A DNA stretch of 61,367 nt from the IMG/VR virus record IMGVR_UViG_3300043493_000078. One strand, 5' to 3'. The notes under the pieces were generated by a model. It saw only the letters and a list, made by a program, of their open reading frames with translations. It made no database searches and was not told the origin of the DNA. Below are positions 50,637 to 59,270 of this stretch, in pieces. The stretch is from a virus. Within the stretch, counting starts at the first letter, position 1; each line of letters begins with the position of its first letter. The translations under genes and the position numbers were made by a program.

Positions 50637-52509
50637 TCCGTACCTGACGCCGTACATCGTCGAGCCGGCGCGCATGATCGCGTCCGGCCGATACAAGCGC
50701 GTCGTCTTGGTGTTCGGGGCACAGACCGGAAAAACCGAATGTCTTCTGGACGTCGCCGGTCAGCGGCTTGATCAGCGTCCGGGGCCTATTCTGTACGTGG
50801 GGCCCAACAAACAATTCTTGTCTGAGCAGTTCGAGCCGCGCGTAATGGCGTTGCTCGATGAGGCGCCGACGCTGATGGCAAAGGTCGCGCGCGGCAAGCG
50901 CATGACCAAGACCCGCAAGGTGGTTGGCGGCGTGCCGTTCCGCCTCGCGCATTCGGGCTCGTCGACCGCACTGAAGTCAGACCCGGCCGTGCTCGCGCTG
51001 GTCGATGAATACGACGAGATGCGCGACAACGTGAATGAGCAGGGCGGTCCGCTAGGACTGGTCGAGCGGCGCGGCGATACCTATGCCGACTTCGTTTGCG
51101 TGGTGACGTCGACGCCGAAGCGCGGGCGGGCGGCAGCAGTCAAGGATGAGACATCGGGTCTGATGTTCTGGGACGTTGCTGCGACCGAGGATATTCAAAG
51201 CCCGGTCTGGCAACTCTGGCAGCAGGGCACGCGGCACCACTGGTGTTGGCCCTGCCCGCATTGCAAGGATTATTTCGTCCCGCGCTTTGAACTGATGCGC
51301 TACCCGCTCAAGGGGACGCCGATGGAAGCGGCGCGTGAGACGTTTTTGCAGTGTCCAGCCTGCGGCGGCGTGATCCTCAACGAGCACAAGGAGGCGATGA
51401 ATGAACGTGGCCGCTTCGTCGCGCCGGGGCAGTCGATCGATCGGGACGGCAATCTGCATGGCACCCCGCGCGAGCGGTTGACCGTCTCATACTGGGTGTC
51501 GGGGCTTGCTTCACCATTCGTTTCGTTCGGCGAGCGCATCTCGGTGCTGGTCGAGTCGCAGCAGTCCGGCGACGACGCCATGGTGCAGCAAGCGGTCAAT
51601 GCCGGCTTCGGCGAGCTCTATTCGCCGGGTGGCGGCGAAGTCCCCGAATGGATGGAGATCAAGGAGAAGTCCCGGCTGGCTACCTACAAGCGCGGCGAGG
51701 TTCCGGAGGACGTGCTCTATCTGACTTTGGCATGCGACGTACAGCGGCACTCGATCCCGTGGGCGATCCGCGGGTGGGGCGCGCGTGCCACGTCGTGGCT
51801 GATCAATTACGGCTATCTGCGCGGCGATACATCGGAGGAAGATATCTGGGCGGCTCTGGGCGATCTGGTCGTGCAGCCAATCGACGGCATGGCAATCCGG
51901 CTGGCGTTCGTTGACAGTGGCTTCCGCCCAGGCAAGACCGATACGCTGCCGCTCAATCGGGTGTACGAGTTTTGCCGCCGATTCATGCGCAGGGTGCGGC
52001 CGACCAAGGGTTCGTCGGCACCGATGCGGACACCGCTTGTCATCAGCAAGATCGAGGTCAGCCGCAAGGATGGCCGTGCCGCAAAGTACGGGCTCGACCT
52101 TGTGCGGCTCGACACCGACCACTGGAAATCATGGGTGCATGAGCGGCTGCGCTGGCCGCAAGACCGGGCCGGCGGCTGGCATGTGTTCAAAGGCGTGGAC
52201 GACGATTATTGCCATCAGATCGTATCGGAAGCGCGGCTCAAGAAGCCGACCGGGCGCGTGGAATGGGTGCAGCGATCGAGGGCTAACCATTTTTTTGACG
52301 TGGAGGCCATGCAGGCCGCGGCTGGCTATCTGCTCAATGTGCAGCGCATCCCATTGCAAAAGCAAGAGCATAGCACTAAGGATGCAGTCGGCAGGCAGCC
52401 ATCAACCCAATCCGAGGTAGACGGACCGACGCAAGCGCCGCCTGTTCCGCCGATGCTGCGGAGCAGAAGAACGAGGCGCATCGTTCGCTCAACATATCTC
52501 GGAGCATGA
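50476..52509 (+). CDS. terL: Terminase large subunit, lambda gpA family (start uncertain: 50476, 50548 or 50566)
   Basis: PPDQWAA...PYLTPYIVEP...FGAQTGKTE (Walker A), LVDEYDE, CPHC...CPAC zinc motif. Confidence 0.9.
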   Translation: MTSSTTSPILPPKAHKLWERVALLMRPSRPMPPDQWAATNRTHPQTAGVPGPRDPYLTPYIVEPARMIASGRYKRVVLVFGAQTGKTECLLDVAGQRLDQRPGPILYVGPNKQFLSEQFEPRVMALLDEAPTLMAKVARGKRMTKTRKVVGGVPFRLAHSGSSTALKSDPAVLALVDEYDEMRDNVNEQGGPLGLVERRGDTYADFVCVVTSTPKRGRAAAVKDETSGLMFWDVAATEDIQSPVWQLWQQGTRHHWCWPCPHCKDYFVPRFELMRYPLKGTPMEAARETFLQCPACGGVILNEHKEAMNERGRFVAPGQSIDRDGNLHGTPRERLTVSYWVSGLASPFVSFGERISVLVESQQSGDDAMVQQAVNAGFGELYSPGGGEVPEWMEIKEKSRLATYKRGEVPEDVLYLTLACDVQRHSIPWAIRGWGARATSWLINYGYLRGDTSEEDIWAALGDLVVQPIDGMAIRLAFVDSGFRPGKTDTLPLNRVYEFCRRFMRRVRPTKGSSAPMRTPLVISKIEVSRKDGRAAKYGLDLVRLDTDHWKSWVHERLRWPQDRAGGWHVFKGVDDDYCHQIVSEARLKKPTGRVEWVQRSRANHFFDVEAMQAAAGYLLNVQRIPLQKQEHSTKDAVGRQPSTQSEVDGPTQAPPVPPMLRSRRTRRIVRSTYLGA

Positions 52510-52522
52510 TGGGGCTCCCGGT

Positions 52523-52978
52523 TTGCCTTCCCATCCAACGCGCGAAGAATTACTAGCGCAAGTCGAGACCCTGAAGACCGAACTGGCGCGGGCTCGCACG
52601 CGTGTGCGGCCGCACGCAGAGCCGCACGACACAAGTTCACAACACACGGTTATTACCGAGACGCCGCGCCAGACCACCATCGAGACAACGCGAGTCCCGC
52701 CGACCGAACAGCAGCAGTTCAGGGTGCCACGTGGCGTCGTCCGCACGGGTAAGCAGGCAACGCCAGACCAGATCGTCGCGCGCATAACCGCCATCAAGAC
52801 GGTGATCGCATCGGGTGTCGAGGGCGCAGGCTATGGTGACAAGCGCACCGACTTTCGTTCGCTCACCGAGCTTCGGCAGATTCTCAATGGCCTCGAGGAG
52901 GAGCTGGCCGAGGCCCTGGGCATCGGAGGGCGCATCCGGCAAATCCGCATAACCACTGCAGCGGACAAGGGGCTTTAG
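52523..52978 (+). CDS. Head-tail joining protein with a gpW-like C-terminal domain
   Basis: Lies between TerL and portal as in lambda; YGDKRTDFRSLTELRQILNGLEEEL. Confidence 0.5.
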   Translation: MPSHPTREELLAQVETLKTELARARTRVRPHAEPHDTSSQHTVITETPRQTTIETTRVPPTEQQQFRVPRGVVRTGKQATPDQIVARITAIKTVIASGVEGAGYGDKRTDFRSLTELRQILNGLEEELAEALGIGGRIRQIRITTAADKGL

Positions 52979-52981
52979 AAG

Positions 52982-54553
52982 ATGGGCCTCGTTCGCGACA
53001 TGCTGTCGGAAGGAGTGCTGGGCAGGTTCATCTCGCGCACGGGCAAATCATTTCGCAATGACTTCGATGGCGGACGCTCACGCCGACGGCTTAAGAGCTG
53101 GCAGCCGACACAGAATACCGTCAACACCATCCTGACCTCGTCCGGGCACCTGTTGCGCGCGCGCGCGCGCGATGCACTTCGCAACAACCCGCATGCTGTC
53201 GCGGCCTGCGACAGCTTCGTTGCCAACCTCATCGGCACCGGCATCAAGCCGTCGTCACTGCTCTCGGACCAGCCCGATCTTCGCGAGCAGATCATGCAGC
53301 TATGGTTGGATTGGACCGACGAGTGCGACGCCGACGGCATCGCCGATTTCTACGGCATGCAAACAATAGCCGCGCGCGCGCTGTTCGAGGCTGGTGAATG
53401 TTTCATCCGTTATCGCGTGCGCAAGGTTGCGGACGGCTTCCTGGTGCCGTTGCAGCTCCAATTGCTCGAAAGCGAGATGTGTCCCTACCAGCTGAATCAG
53501 CAAGCCCCAAACGGCAATTGGATCATGAACGGGATCGAGCTGGATTACCTGGGGAGGCGGGCAGCCTATTGGTTTTATCCGACTCATCCCGGGGATGCCC
53601 CCATCGAACTGATGCCGGTGATGCAGCCTGTGCGCATCCCGGCGACCGAGATTCTGCACGTCTTCAAATGCACGCGGCCGGGTCAGATGCGCGGGGTCCC
53701 ACTGGTTACCCCTGCACTGGTGCGGATGTTCTTCCTCGACCAGTACGATGATGCCGAGCTGGAGCGCAAACGCATCGCGGCAATGTTCGCGGGCTTCATC
53801 ACCACCGCAACGCCCGAAGACGTGATCCCGATCGACGGCATCGACACCAGCGCCCCGCAGGAAAACATCGCGCTGTCTGGCCTCGAACCGGGCACCATGC
53901 AGACCCTGCTGCCTGGGGAGGACATTAAATTTTCCGAGCCCGCAGACGTCGGCGGAAGCTACGAGGCGTATCAGTATCGCCAACAGCTCTCGCTGTTCGC
54001 GTCTCTGGGTATTCCCTATTCGTTGTGCACGTCCGATCTGCGGCGCGCGAACTATTCATCCCTGCGCGGTTCGATCGTGGAGTACCGGCGCAAGCTCGAG
54101 CAGGTGCAGCACAACGTGTTTGTCTTTCAAATGTGTCTGCCGATCTGGCGGCGCTGGATGGACACCGCGGTGCTGGCGCAGGCGCTCCCGCTGGAGCCGT
54201 CGAGCTACCTGCTGCAGCAGGTCGAGTATCAAAAGGCCAAGTGGATTCCGCAACGCAACGACTGGGTCGATCCGTTGAAGGACCGGCAGGCCGAGAAGCT
54301 CGCAGTGGATGCAGGCTTCAAGGCGCGCAGCGATGTGGTCGAGGCTGAAGGCTACGACCCGGAGGAGAACGACAAGCGCATTGCGGCCGACCAGGAGCGT
54401 GCGGAGCGGCTGGACCTCGTGTTTGCGGTCCACACCGCCGCCGCCACGCAGCCGCTCACGCCGAGCGAGCAGGCCGCCGAGGATGCCAAGCAGCAGGAGG
54501 CCGCCGACGCCGCGGCACAGACGGCCGCCGATGCTCAGGAGGAAGCTGCATGA
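52982..54553 (+). CDS. Portal protein, lambda family
   Basis: RNNPHAVAACDSFVANLIGTGIKPSS, in 523 aa. Confidence 0.9.
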   Translation: MGLVRDMLSEGVLGRFISRTGKSFRNDFDGGRSRRRLKSWQPTQNTVNTILTSSGHLLRARARDALRNNPHAVAACDSFVANLIGTGIKPSSLLSDQPDLREQIMQLWLDWTDECDADGIADFYGMQTIAARALFEAGECFIRYRVRKVADGFLVPLQLQLLESEMCPYQLNQQAPNGNWIMNGIELDYLGRRAAYWFYPTHPGDAPIELMPVMQPVRIPATEILHVFKCTRPGQMRGVPLVTPALVRMFFLDQYDDAELERKRIAAMFAGFITTATPEDVIPIDGIDTSAPQENIALSGLEPGTMQTLLPGEDIKFSEPADVGGSYEAYQYRQQLSLFASLGIPYSLCTSDLRRANYSSLRGSIVEYRRKLEQVQHNVFVFQMCLPIWRRWMDTAVLAQALPLEPSSYLLQQVEYQKAKWIPQRNDWVDPLKDRQAEKLAVDAGFKARSDVVEAEGYDPEENDKRIAADQERAERLDLVFAVHTAAATQPLTPSEQAAEDAKQQEAADAAAQTAADAQEEAA

Positions 54554-54620
54554 GTGACGCCGCCGCTACCACAAAACAAATGCGCGCTGCACCCGTTCGA
54601 TGGCCACGGCGGCGTCCTGT

Positions 54621-54668
54621 ACCCGAGGCACTGGTTCACTGGGCATCAATTGCGCATTGGCCACGGGG
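54621..54668 (+). repeat. Single copy of the hairpin module in the portal/protease gap
   Basis: ACCCGAGGC-A-ctggttcac-TGGGCATCA-attgcgcat-TG-GCCACGGGG; 7 of 9 stem positions pair. Confidence 0.65.
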
Positions 54669-54734
54669 ACGTCTGAGCGAAGCATCTCAGGCTGTACTGC
54701 GCAATATAAGGAAACCCTCTTTCAAAGGAGCAGA

Positions 54735-55736
54735 ATGATGCGGCAGTGGTTCGCCATGAAGGCCGAGGAAAGCGTCGGCGAGATCGTCATCTACGACGCG
54801 ATCGGCAAGTCGTTCTGGGATGACGAGGCGGTCACCGCCAAGGATTTCCTCGATACGCTGGCAGCGCTGGGCGACGTAAAGACGATCAACCTGCGCATCA
54901 ATTCTCCCGGTGGGGATGTGTTCGACGGTGTCGCCATCCAGAACGCTTTGAAGAAACACCCGGCCACGGTGACAGCGCACATCGACGGGATCGCCGCATC
55001 GGCTGCATCCTTGATCGCGATGGCGGCCAACAAGATCATCATGCCGGCCAACACGTTCATGCTGGTGCATCAGGCATCGGGCTTTGCGTACGGTACCGCC
55101 GACGTCGCGAAGGCACTCGCTGCCGATCTCGAACGCATCGATAACAGCGCCGCCGCGACATACGTGGCGCGCACCGGCCAGACCACCGACAAGGTCATGG
55201 CGCTGATGAAAGAAGACCGATTGATGGATGCCAACGAGGCCAAGGAGCTTGGCTTCGCCGACGAGGTTGCGAAAGAAGTCAGGATGCAGATGGCGGCGAA
55301 TTTTTCGCTGCATCTGTTGCCGAAAGCGGCGGCAGCGCGCTTCACCGCCGCAACAGGGGCCGGCCAGCAGCAGCAAGGCTCCCCGCCTCAACCTGCACCG
55401 GTTCTTCAGGGACCGGGGGCCCAGCCCAATACTCCCCCGGTCCCGCCCACCGCCGAGGTGATCGACCTCAACGCCGCCAAGCAGCAAGGCGTCGACGAGC
55501 ATAAAACCTATGTCGCGTCGGTCACCGACCTGTGCACCCTTGCGCGCGTTCTCAATCGGGTCGGCGATTACGTGCGCGCCAGTACGCCGATCGAGCAGGT
55601 GCGCAAGGAGCTGCTCGAACTCAGCGCCGCGCCTGCTGTGAACGTCCTGCCGCAACATCCGCTTGCGGCCCACAGCAACGCGCCGGCTTCGGCATGGTCG
55701 AAGATCACCGACAAGATCAACGCGCGCATGAAGTAA
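54735..55736 (+). CDS. ClpP/S49-type prohead protease with a C-terminal scaffold-like extension
   Basis: INSPGGDVFDGVAIQNAL...IDGIAASAASLIAMAA...MLVHQASG. SD AAAGGAG. Confidence 0.85.
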   Translation: MMRQWFAMKAEESVGEIVIYDAIGKSFWDDEAVTAKDFLDTLAALGDVKTINLRINSPGGDVFDGVAIQNALKKHPATVTAHIDGIAASAASLIAMAANKIIMPANTFMLVHQASGFAYGTADVAKALAADLERIDNSAAATYVARTGQTTDKVMALMKEDRLMDANEAKELGFADEVAKEVRMQMAANFSLHLLPKAAAARFTAATGAGQQQQGSPPQPAPVLQGPGAQPNTPPVPPTAEVIDLNAAKQQGVDEHKTYVASVTDLCTLARVLNRVGDYVRASTPIEQVRKELLELSAAPAVNVLPQHPLAAHSNAPASAWSKITDKINARMK

Positions 55737-55755
55737 AACAAATGGAGCCAGATCG

Positions 55756-56133
55756 ATGTCCAAGTTTCCAATTCAGTATGAAGGTCCGCACCCCGCCGAG
55801 TTCATCCTGTCCGAGGCGAGCGGTAGTCGCTCGCGCGACAATGCCTACTTTGCCGATCCATCGGTCGTGAAGGTCGCACAGCCGGTGAAGAAGACGGCGG
55901 GCGCCACTACCGACACGCCCGCCACCTATGTCGTGGCCACGGTCGGTGCCGACTGTCAGGCACTCGCGATCTACGGCGGGGTCTCATCGTCGGGTGAAGG
56001 GCTGCGCATTGCAGTGCTGACGCGCGACTGCGAGGTCAATGGCAGGCTGATCAACTGGGGGAGCATGTCAACGGCCGAGCAGGTCATTGGCGCCACGACG
56101 CTGGCGACCAACGGCATCATCACCCGCGTTTGA
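55756..56133 (+). CDS. Head decoration protein (gpD-like)
   Basis: PAEFILSEASGSRSRDN; lies between protease and capsid gene. Confidence 0.6.
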   Translation: MSKFPIQYEGPHPAEFILSEASGSRSRDNAYFADPSVVKVAQPVKKTAGATTDTPATYVVATVGADCQALAIYGGVSSSGEGLRIAVLTRDCEVNGRLINWGSMSTAEQVIGATTLATNGIITRV

Positions 56134-56182
56134 CAGTCATTCATCGCTGACCGGATAGGCAGCATAGAAGAGGATCACGACC

Positions 56183-57196
56183 ATGCTCGACATCTTTCGC
56201 AGCGATGCATTCCAAACGGTGCCGCTGACGCTGGCGATCAATAACTTGAAATTCGTCCCTGGCTACATCTCAAGCCATGGTCTGTTCACTGAAAGCAGCA
56301 TCGCCACCACGGCGTTCGTCATCGAGGAGAAGAACAACATTCTGACGCTGGTCGCTCCGACGCCGCGCGGTAGCCCTGGCCACACCATGGACAAAACCAG
56401 GCGCTCGATGCGCATGCTGACGGTCCCGCATTTCGAGATCAATGACGCCATCATGGCCGAAGAGGTGCAGGGGGTGCGCCCGTTCGGCCAGGAGGACGGC
56501 ACCGAATCGGTGATGACCAAGGTGGGCGAGCGCATGCAGTTGGCAGGGCAGAGCCTCGAATACACGCAGGAGCATTCGCGCGTGGGGGCAATCAAGGGAG
56601 TAATTACCTACGCCGACGGCACCAAGCTCGACCTGTTCAACGAATACGGCCTGCCGGTCCCGTCCAACATCGACATGAATTTGGACAGCACTGCCAACGA
56701 CGGCTCGTTGCGGCAGAAGTGCGCAAGCATCATCCGCATCGAGGGCGCAAACTTGGACGGGCAGAGCTTCACCGGCATCGAGGCGATCTGCGGCGACGCC
56801 TTCTTCGATGCACTGATAAAAAATGCAGAGGTGCGCGCCACCTATGTGGCGGCCATGCAGGGCGCCGAGCTGCGCACGCAATACGTTTCGGCAGGCCAGA
56901 CCTGGGGAAGCTTCATCTTCGCCGGCATCCAATGGACCAACTATCGCGGCTATGCATTGGGCGCACCGATGGTCGAGACCAACATGGCGTATCTGTACCC
57001 GCTGGGGGTCCCGAGCCTGTTCCAGACGGTGTTCGCGCCGGCCGACTACATCGAGACCGTCAACACCATGGGTAAGCCGCGCTATGTGAAGCAATACACG
57101 ATGCAAAACGACAAGGGCATCCATCTCGACGTGCAGATGAACGTGATCAACATCTGCACCCGGCCGCTGGCGCTGATGCGCGCCGTAATGACCTGA
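56183..57196 (+). CDS. Major capsid protein, lambda gpE family
   Basis: 337 aa; DAFQTVPLTLAINNLKFVPG...LFTE... pattern of Phage_cap_E. Confidence 0.85.
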   Translation: MLDIFRSDAFQTVPLTLAINNLKFVPGYISSHGLFTESSIATTAFVIEEKNNILTLVAPTPRGSPGHTMDKTRRSMRMLTVPHFEINDAIMAEEVQGVRPFGQEDGTESVMTKVGERMQLAGQSLEYTQEHSRVGAIKGVITYADGTKLDLFNEYGLPVPSNIDMNLDSTANDGSLRQKCASIIRIEGANLDGQSFTGIEAICGDAFFDALIKNAEVRATYVAAMQGAELRTQYVSAGQTWGSFIFAGIQWTNYRGYALGAPMVETNMAYLYPLGVPSLFQTVFAPADYIETVNTMGKPRYVKQYTMQNDKGIHLDVQMNVINICTRPLALMRAVMT

Positions 57197-57214
57197 TCCT
57201 CCCGCCACCAAACT

Positions 57215-57242
57215 GGCGCGGTAAGGCCCGCGTCCATTTTTT
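57215..57242 (+). terminator. Rho-independent terminator or attenuator after the capsid gene
   Basis: GGCGCGG taaggc CCGCGTC, then ca and TTTTTT. Confidence 0.65.
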
Positions 57243-57257
57243 GAGAGGGAAAAAGAC

Positions 57258-57305
57258 GAGCCCAGCAATACACCATTGGGCATCACTGCTTGACTGGCTA
57301 GGCTC
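57258..57305 (+). repeat. Single copy of the hairpin module after the capsid terminator
   Basis: GAGCCCAGC-A-atacaccat-TGGGCATCA-ctgcttgac-TG-GCTAGGCTC; 8 of 9 stem positions pair. Confidence 0.75.
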
Positions 57306-57361
57306 GCCGCTTAAAGGAAGCACAAACCCAGCGTAATGCGCAACGAAAGAGCTGGTAGACG

Positions 57362-57712
57362 ATGGGCGTTGACTTCGACGCATTGGTATTGTCGCCGTGC
57401 GAGGACATTTTTGCGATCGAGTGCACTTTCACGCAGCTCGTATCGAACCCGGCTGCCATTCCGGTGGTGGTGCGTGGCGTCTATTCATCGGGGCCAATCG
57501 ACGTCGGCATGCAGGACGACACGATCTTCGGCGACCAGGAAACATCGCTGGGCATCAGGCTACGCGACTTCGCGGTGGCTCCCGACCGTGGCGATCTCGT
57601 CGAGATTACCGACGCCAGCCATCCCGCGTTCGGGGCGAGGTACTGGATCGGCGACAAAGACCTGGATGGACAGGGAGGTGCCAAGCTGCTGCTGCGCACG
57701 CAGGAACCATGA
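57362..57712 (+). CDS. Head-tail connector/adaptor protein (tentative)
   Basis: 116-aa ORF, first gene after the capsid gene. Confidence 0.4.
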   Translation: MGVDFDALVLSPCEDIFAIECTFTQLVSNPAAIPVVVRGVYSSGPIDVGMQDDTIFGDQETSLGIRLRDFAVAPDRGDLVEITDASHPAFGARYWIGDKDLDGQGGAKLLLRTQEP

Positions 57713-58266
57713 GCTACTGGGCAGGCCAGATACAAGCCAAGGCGATGGAGCTGGCGCAGGCTTATTACGGCACGTGGTTCAAAACCTATCGCATCACGCC
57801 AATGCTGCAGGTGCATCCGCAGGACCTGCCCGTGCTTGGCATCTACATCCTGCGCGAGCGGCGAGAGAACTCGCAGGCCAATCAGGCCGAGCCGAAGTTC
57901 AACACCACCCTGACGTTGGGCTTTTCTGGTGGCGTTCATGTCGAAACCAGCAAGCAGGATCAGTTGAGCGCACTCGAAGACGCGATGTCAGAACTCGATG
58001 AGCTGCTGCTGAGAGAGCCGAGTTTCGTGAAGATGACCGAAGGCATCCCCAGCATGGACCGCACGTCGCAGTTCGCCAAGGTGGGCGAGACAACGCTCTA
58101 TGAAATCCGCATCGAGATGATGCTGCAGAACTCGGAATACTATCCGCCGCGCGTGGATGACACGTTCGAGACGCTCCACGTCACCACCCAGTTCCCGGAT
58201 CAGGCGCACGTCGACAGCGGCACTGAGCAGATCGTGCGCGTGTACGAGTTGGATCAGAATTCATGA
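57709..58266 (+). CDS. Hypothetical virion (neck or tail-completion) protein
   Basis: 185 aa with ATGA overlaps. Confidence 0.4.
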   Translation: MSYWAGQIQAKAMELAQAYYGTWFKTYRITPMLQVHPQDLPVLGIYILRERRENSQANQAEPKFNTTLTLGFSGGVHVETSKQDQLSALEDAMSELDELLLREPSFVKMTEGIPSMDRTSQFAKVGETTLYEIRIEMMLQNSEYYPPRVDDTFETLHVTTQFPDQAHVDSGTEQIVRVYELDQNS

Positions 58267-58946
58267 GCGCGTGGGTGGTGTATTGGTTGCACGACGAACG
58301 CTGCATCTGCTTGCAGAAGCACGGCTATGTTGGCATCAGCGGAGCGTTCATGACGCGACTTGTGGTTCATCAGCGCAACAAGCGCTTCCCGGCAAACTTC
58401 GAGTGGTCGATCATCTTCACGGGCACCAAGAATGAATGCTTGGCTCTAGAACGTACATTGAGACCTGGGTTTGGCATCGGTTGGAATAGAGCGCGCGGTG
58501 GTACGCCGGCAGTCGAATTCACAGCAGAGGTTCGCGAGAAGATGGGCGCGAGCCGTCGTGGTAAGCCACCGACTGATGCGCAACGTGCGCAATTTGTGAG
58601 GCAAAGCGAACGGACTAAGGGCAAGCCGACGCATCCGGGCTTGACCGTCCTGGGCAGACGCCGCCCTCCCGAAGAAATTGAACGCATCGCCGCAAACAAT
58701 CGCGGCAAGGTTCGATCTGCGGAATTTCGCGCCAAGCTGGGAGAATTAAAACGAGGCAATCGCAATCGCGTCGGTAAGCGGCACTCCGAGGAAACCAAAC
58801 GGCAAATTAGTTTAAAGAAACGCGGTGTGCCAGTTCACTCAGATGAGTTCAAAGCAACTCTAAGCGCGCGGCTGCGAGGCAACACCTACACCAAGGGTAA
58901 ACCTTGGTCCACCGCGCGCAGAGCCGCGCACCACCCCCGGCCTTAG
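58263..58946 (+). CDS. Free-standing GIY-YIG homing endonuclease with NUMOD3-like repeats
   Basis: VVYWLHD...GYVGIS...R..VH; repeated G(K/R)..S.E.K motifs (GKRHSEETKRQIS). Confidence 0.75.
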   Translation: MSAWVVYWLHDERCICLQKHGYVGISGAFMTRLVVHQRNKRFPANFEWSIIFTGTKNECLALERTLRPGFGIGWNRARGGTPAVEFTAEVREKMGASRRGKPPTDAQRAQFVRQSERTKGKPTHPGLTVLGRRRPPEEIERIAANNRGKVRSAEFRAKLGELKRGNRNRVGKRHSEETKRQISLKKRGVPVHSDEFKATLSARLRGNTYTKGKPWSTARRAAHHPRP

Positions 58947-58960
58947 AAGGAGACCACACT

Positions 58961-59016
58961 ATGCCTGTGAGCTTCAATTCCATCCCTCAGGGATGGCGGA
59001 TGCCACTATATTGGGT
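58961..59016 (+). CDS. Tail sheath protein, exon 1
   Basis: SD GAAGGAG. MPVSFNSIPQGWRMPLYW(V) is the sheath N-terminal signature. The ORF would otherwise stop at TAA 59021. Confidence 0.7.
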
Positions 59017-59270
59017 TTTTTAACCTAGGCCCCTTTGTCGAGTAATCGACATCGAACAAACCGGGTGAACTCAGGGGACATCCAGACCGGACAATCCTGA
59101 GCCAAGCGCCGAAAGGCGAAGGTGCAACGACCAGAGCGAAAGCTCGTAGGGCCAAGCGGCCCGAAGCGCCCGGCCCCTCGCAAGAGGGTGATGATATGGT
59201 CTCCTCTGCACAGGAATGTGCAGCAGCCGAAAGGCGGCAACGACGGTAGCGTGTCGTTGTGAAGGCAAGG
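59017..59270 (+). ncRNA. Candidate group I self-splicing intron (254 nt, no ORF)
   Basis: U59016-G59029 wobble in a 6-bp P1, terminal G59270, in-frame exon junction. There are five GNRA-capped hairpins: GTAA 59042, GAAA 59111, GAAA 59138, GCAA 59180, GAAA 59229. Confidence 0.6.

Noticed and set aside
54550-54738. A 62-aa ORF start/stop-coupled to the portal and protease genes.
   Set aside because: Its composition is Arg/Pro-rich and the gap is occupied by a hairpin module. It is more likely non-coding, so it is not annotated as a CDS.
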